DNA of 61,412 bases, the filler included. It is 2 parts of 2 records of this genome, joined end to end, with 100 filler letters (N's around TTAATTAATTAA, not from the genome) between each part and the next. Parts side by side here need not be neighbours in the genome. Positions count along the whole stretch, not along the records: positions 30,657 to 61,412 come from SRR20825019_1888; 1 more part is not named here. One strand, given 5' to 3'. The notes under the pieces were generated by a model. The model ran no database searches, had not been told where the DNA came from, and saw only the letters and a list, made by a program, of their open reading frames with translations. Below, piece after piece: positions 58,221 to 61,412 of the stretch. How positions within the stretch are numbered: position 1 is the stretch's first letter; each line of letters begins with the position of its first letter. The position numbers and the translations under genes were made by a program.

Positions 58221-60137
58221 ATGATCCGGAGACAGTCTCTTATCGCCATTGTGGTTTCGATGTTCCTGCTGACACTGGCAGGTGCGGTGGCCGTATGGTC
58301 GTTTCTCGCAATTCACCGGACGTCCGAGCAGCTTGGCGAAATCTCCGAGCTCGAGCAGTCGGTGCTTGCCCTGAAGGATATTGCAGGAGAGTACGATCGC
58401 CGGTTTGACGACAGATTTGCGCATCAATGGGACGCTATAGAAGTCAAAGCCATGTCATTCGTGGAGAGTCTGGACAAGGGCGATTTGCTTGATGCCGGTA
58501 TCCATTCGGAGCTTACGCGGCGGCTTGAACAAATCGGTGCCCTTTTCCAGCGGTTGCGGGCATTGCCCGGGGCGCACGAGGATAACCATTCAGTACGCAT
58601 CTATATTCGAAGCCGGATCAATAGCAACGCGGATGCCATCACCGGGCGGATGGAGAAGAACAAGCGCTTGCTTCGCTCCGAGCAGGGAACGGCAGAAGCC
58701 GCGACCTTCGCCGCCGTGTTGTTTTGTATTGTCATTGCCGCCGGTAATATATGCCTTTTCTATGGCTGGATCATGCTTCCTATCCTCTCCGCCTTCGAAG
58801 CGCTGCGGGAAGAGGCGGGCCGGATCGGTAAAGGTGACCTGCAGGCTCCCGTCGTCATTCCCAAAGGCGGCGAGATCGGGCTGCTGTTCCAGTCTCTCGA
58901 CGGCATGCGCGCGGCTCTGGAAGAGTTGACCCGGGACCTTGAGACGAAACGCGCGGGTGCCGAAGCCGCGGCCAAGGCCAAAACCGAGTTCCTCGCCAAT
59001 ATGAGCCATGAGCTCCGCACGCCCCTTAATGCCGTTATCGGTTACGCGGACCTGTTGCTGGATCTGGATGGCAGGAATGATGCCGCTGAAAAGCACCGGA
59101 CATATGTCCAGGGGATCGGCGGGTCGAGCCGGCATCTTCTGGCCCTGATCAATGATGTTCTCGATTTCGCCAAGATAGACTCGGACAAGCTCACGATTAA
59201 TCTGGAGCGGTTCGATTTCCGTTCCGAAATAGAGAGCCTGGACGCCGCTTTTCACGATAAGGCGCTGGAGAACAAGGTCAGGCTCGTCATCGACAGTGAA
59301 AACGCACCGCGACTCATCGAAAGCGATCAGATGCGGGTACGCCAGATTCTCTACAATCTGGTGGGCAACGCGGTGAAATTCACCCGGGATGGCACCGTCC
59401 GGATATCTGTCACCAGGGAAAGCCTCGACGGGCGCCGGTCATTGCTTGGCATTCGGATCGAGGATGAGGGGATCGGGGTTGAGCCGAAGCGCCTGGCTCA
59501 GATTTTCAACCCCTTCGATCAGGCGGACAATTCGATTTCACGCCGCTTCGGCGGGACGGGGTTGGGGCTTCCGATTACCAAACGTCTTGCGGAAGCGCTG
59601 GGCGGCGGCGTGTCCGTCATCAGTGTGCCCGGAAAAGGCTCCCGGTTTATCGCAACGATCGAGGTCGAGGATTATTCGGACCTGTTGGAGGGAACGCCGG
59701 CGGTGGCTGCGGCAAAGCCCGCCGAAAGTGCGGTCGCATATGGTTTTCATGTGCTGGTCGCCGATGACGCGATGATCAACCGTGAAGTCCTCAGCGAGCT
59801 TCTGAAACGCTTCGGATGCACGGTGGACCTTGCCGAGAATGGCGCCGAGGCCGTGGAGAAGGCGCAAACCGGGTCCTATGACCTGATCATGCTCGATGTG
59901 CATATGCCGGTGATGGACGGTGTGGAAGCGGCCCGGCAGATCCGTGCGCAGGATGTGCAGCGGGACAAGCCCGCGTGTATCTTTGCCTGGACTGCGGATG
60001 TGCTGCAGCCCGGATCGCTCAAGGTCGGGCCGGGAGGCTGGAATGGTGTCGTCTTGAAGCCAGTCTCGAAAGACGATCTGGAAAGGCTTCTTATGACAGT
60101 CGCCAGGGAGATGCAGGCCTGGCGCGGCGCGTCTTAA
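58221..60137 (+). CDS. Hybrid sensor histidine kinase / receiver
   Basis: Two TMs, HAMP, FLANMSHELRTPLN, NLVGNAVKFT, GGTGLGL, receiver DLIMLDVHMPVMDG. Confidence 0.95.
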   Translation: MIRRQSLIAIVVSMFLLTLAGAVAVWSFLAIHRTSEQLGEISELEQSVLALKDIAGEYDRRFDDRFAHQWDAIEVKAMSFVESLDKGDLLDAGIHSELTRRLEQIGALFQRLRALPGAHEDNHSVRIYIRSRINSNADAITGRMEKNKRLLRSEQGTAEAATFAAVLFCIVIAAGNICLFYGWIMLPILSAFEALREEAGRIGKGDLQAPVVIPKGGEIGLLFQSLDGMRAALEELTRDLETKRAGAEAAAKAKTEFLANMSHELRTPLNAVIGYADLLLDLDGRNDAAEKHRTYVQGIGGSSRHLLALINDVLDFAKIDSDKLTINLERFDFRSEIESLDAAFHDKALENKVRLVIDSENAPRLIESDQMRVRQILYNLVGNAVKFTRDGTVRISVTRESLDGRRSLLGIRIEDEGIGVEPKRLAQIFNPFDQADNSISRRFGGTGLGLPITKRLAEALGGGVSVISVPGKGSRFIATIEVEDYSDLLEGTPAVAAAKPAESAVAYGFHVLVADDAMINREVLSELLKRFGCTVDLAENGAEAVEKAQTGSYDLIMLDVHMPVMDGVEAARQIRAQDVQRDKPACIFAWTADVLQPGSLKVGPGGWNGVVLKPVSKDDLERLLMTVAREMQAWRGAS

Positions 60138-61018
60138 TCCGGCCAGCGCCGGTGTACCCAGAACCATTCCGACGGCCGCTCACGGACCCAGTCCTCTATC
60201 ATGCTGGTCGCCGTCTGGGTCAGAAGGCGCACGGCCTCTTTCCGGTCGGTTGTGTCCGGCTTTGTCAGTGGCGGGTAGATCGTTGCCCGGAACCGGGCAC
60301 CGGGCAGCCGCTCGACCCGGGTCGGATAGATATCGCAATCGAGCATCTGGGCGAATTCGGCAAAGGCGCTGGGTGTCATGGCCTTCCGTCCGAAGAAAGT
60401 GGCGGGGATGCCTTCCCGCAATTTCTGATCGATCAGCAGGGCAACGGACCGGTTCTGCTTCAGGATTTTCAGCAGCTCCCGCGCGGCTCGCGGCCCCTTG
60501 GCGACCAGTTGCACGTCCGGGTGCGGCCTCCGGGCTTCGAACAGGTCGCTCATATAGGGATTGTTCGGCCTCCGGAATACCGGGTTCACCGGAAGCCCCC
60601 TGAGAGCCGATGCAATCGGCAGGACCTCCCAGTTCGCCATATGGGCGGAGAAGAAGACGGCGGGGCGCGGATTGGCCGCTATGTCTTCAAGCAACTCCCC
60701 GCCATGAACTTCAAGGCGTGTGTCGGCCTCGGCCTTTATGGTGTCGTGGTGCGGGTATTCGGCGGCGGTGCGGCCGAGATTATCCCACATGCCCCGCAGA
60801 ATGCCGGCGATCTCGCCGGGGGCTTTCTCCGGAAAAGCACGCTCCAGATTGGTGCGGGCGGTACGGTGTGCGGGCAGCAACGGCCCCACGATCTGCAGCA
60901 CTTTTCCGCCGATCCAGGAAGAAACCGTGAGCGGCAGTTGGCGGATCACGAAAAGCAGCCCACCCACAAGGGCGGCTTCGGCGCGGAAACGGAGTGTCTT
61001 TAGCGGATGATTTGTCAC
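60134..61018 (-). CDS. lpxL: Lipid A biosynthesis acyltransferase (LpxL/HtrB family)
   Basis: NL..AFP, SAHMANWE, LIDQ, FFG, P.EWFWVHRRW. Confidence 0.88.
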   Translation of the reverse strand: MTNHPLKTLRFRAEAALVGGLLFVIRQLPLTVSSWIGGKVLQIVGPLLPAHRTARTNLERAFPEKAPGEIAGILRGMWDNLGRTAAEYPHHDTIKAEADTRLEVHGGELLEDIAANPRPAVFFSAHMANWEVLPIASALRGLPVNPVFRRPNNPYMSDLFEARRPHPDVQLVAKGPRAARELLKILKQNRSVALLIDQKLREGIPATFFGRKAMTPSAFAEFAQMLDCDIYPTRVERLPGARFRATIYPPLTKPDTTDRKEAVRLLTQTATSMIEDWVRERPSEWFWVHRRWPD

Positions 61019-61110
61019 GCAGCCCTAGTAGCCCAAGCCCGGTGCCGGTGCCAGCCAAATTCGGGCGTGGAAGAGAGGGGAAGCCATGGACAGGCTTCCC
61101 CTGCTTGTCG

Positions 61111-61412
61111 TTACTCGGCTGCTTGAGCCAGGTGATCGACGATTTCACCCCGGCCCGGATAATTGTTCGCCAGCACGAAATCGAGAGCCTTCAGGATGGC
61201 CGCGAAATCCGGGCGGGCGAACGGCATGGTCTGGATGCTGGCGAAATAGAGCTCGCCATTCGGCCGGACAAGAAACAGGCCCGGCTCGACGAACAGCTTC
61301 GGCTCTTCGATACCGACCGAGGTCTTGCCGCGTCCGGAGGAGATATACAGGCCCCATTCCCGCGCCTTGTCGAGAGTCAGGCCATAACCGAGTGTCAGGT
61401 TCTCCAGTTTCC
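61111..61412 (-). CDS. Peroxiredoxin-like AhpC/TSA family protein, 5' end outside the window
   Basis: Manual translation: ...AREWGLYISSGRGKTSVGIEEP..FVEPGLFLVRP..LYF..IQTMPFARP...YPGRG, stop at 61111. Confidence 0.75.
   Translation of the reverse strand, partial: KLENLTLGYGLTLDKAREWGLYISSGRGKTSVGIEEPKLFVEPGLFLVRPNGELYFASIQTMPFARPDFAAILKALDFVLANNYPGRGEIVDHLAQAAE

Overview
The window is two unrelated contigs joined by an artificial spacer (N-run, TTAATTAATTAA, N-run; 30557-30656). The left contig (1-30556) looks like Verrucomicrobiota, probably Opitutaceae, based on its PEP-CTERM protein and gene content. It carries an edge-truncated GH15-like glycosidase gene that the ORF track missed, and a single co-oriented run of pantothenate/CoA and NAD biosynthesis genes (panB panC coaC coaB coaX panD nadA nadC nadB). 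It also has a GluR0-like ligand-gated K+ channel, an OppA, gnd, a molybdenum-cofactor cluster split by a three-gene cassette, a BrnT/BrnA toxin-antitoxin islet, dnaN with a possible oriC, pssA, an orphan RelE-like gene, ilvA, an amidase and a family of dispersed palindromes. The right contig (30657-61412) is alphaproteobacterial (Rhodospirillales-like): ygfZ, purH, mutY-DUF721-dsbA-smc, F0 ATP synthase genes, an MCP, a peptide ABC operon with a CocE hydrolase, msbA, an SBP plus hybrid kinase pair, and lpxL. The best candidate for an undescribed system is an AT-rich 1.45 kb islet between purH and mutY. It encodes a CapH-like XRE repressor and a CapP/IrrE-like metallopeptidase that face, across a promoter with a perfect palindromic operator, a single 62-aa DUF1508/YegP gene rather than a CBASS-type operon. 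All calls come from reading motifs by eye; no searches were run.
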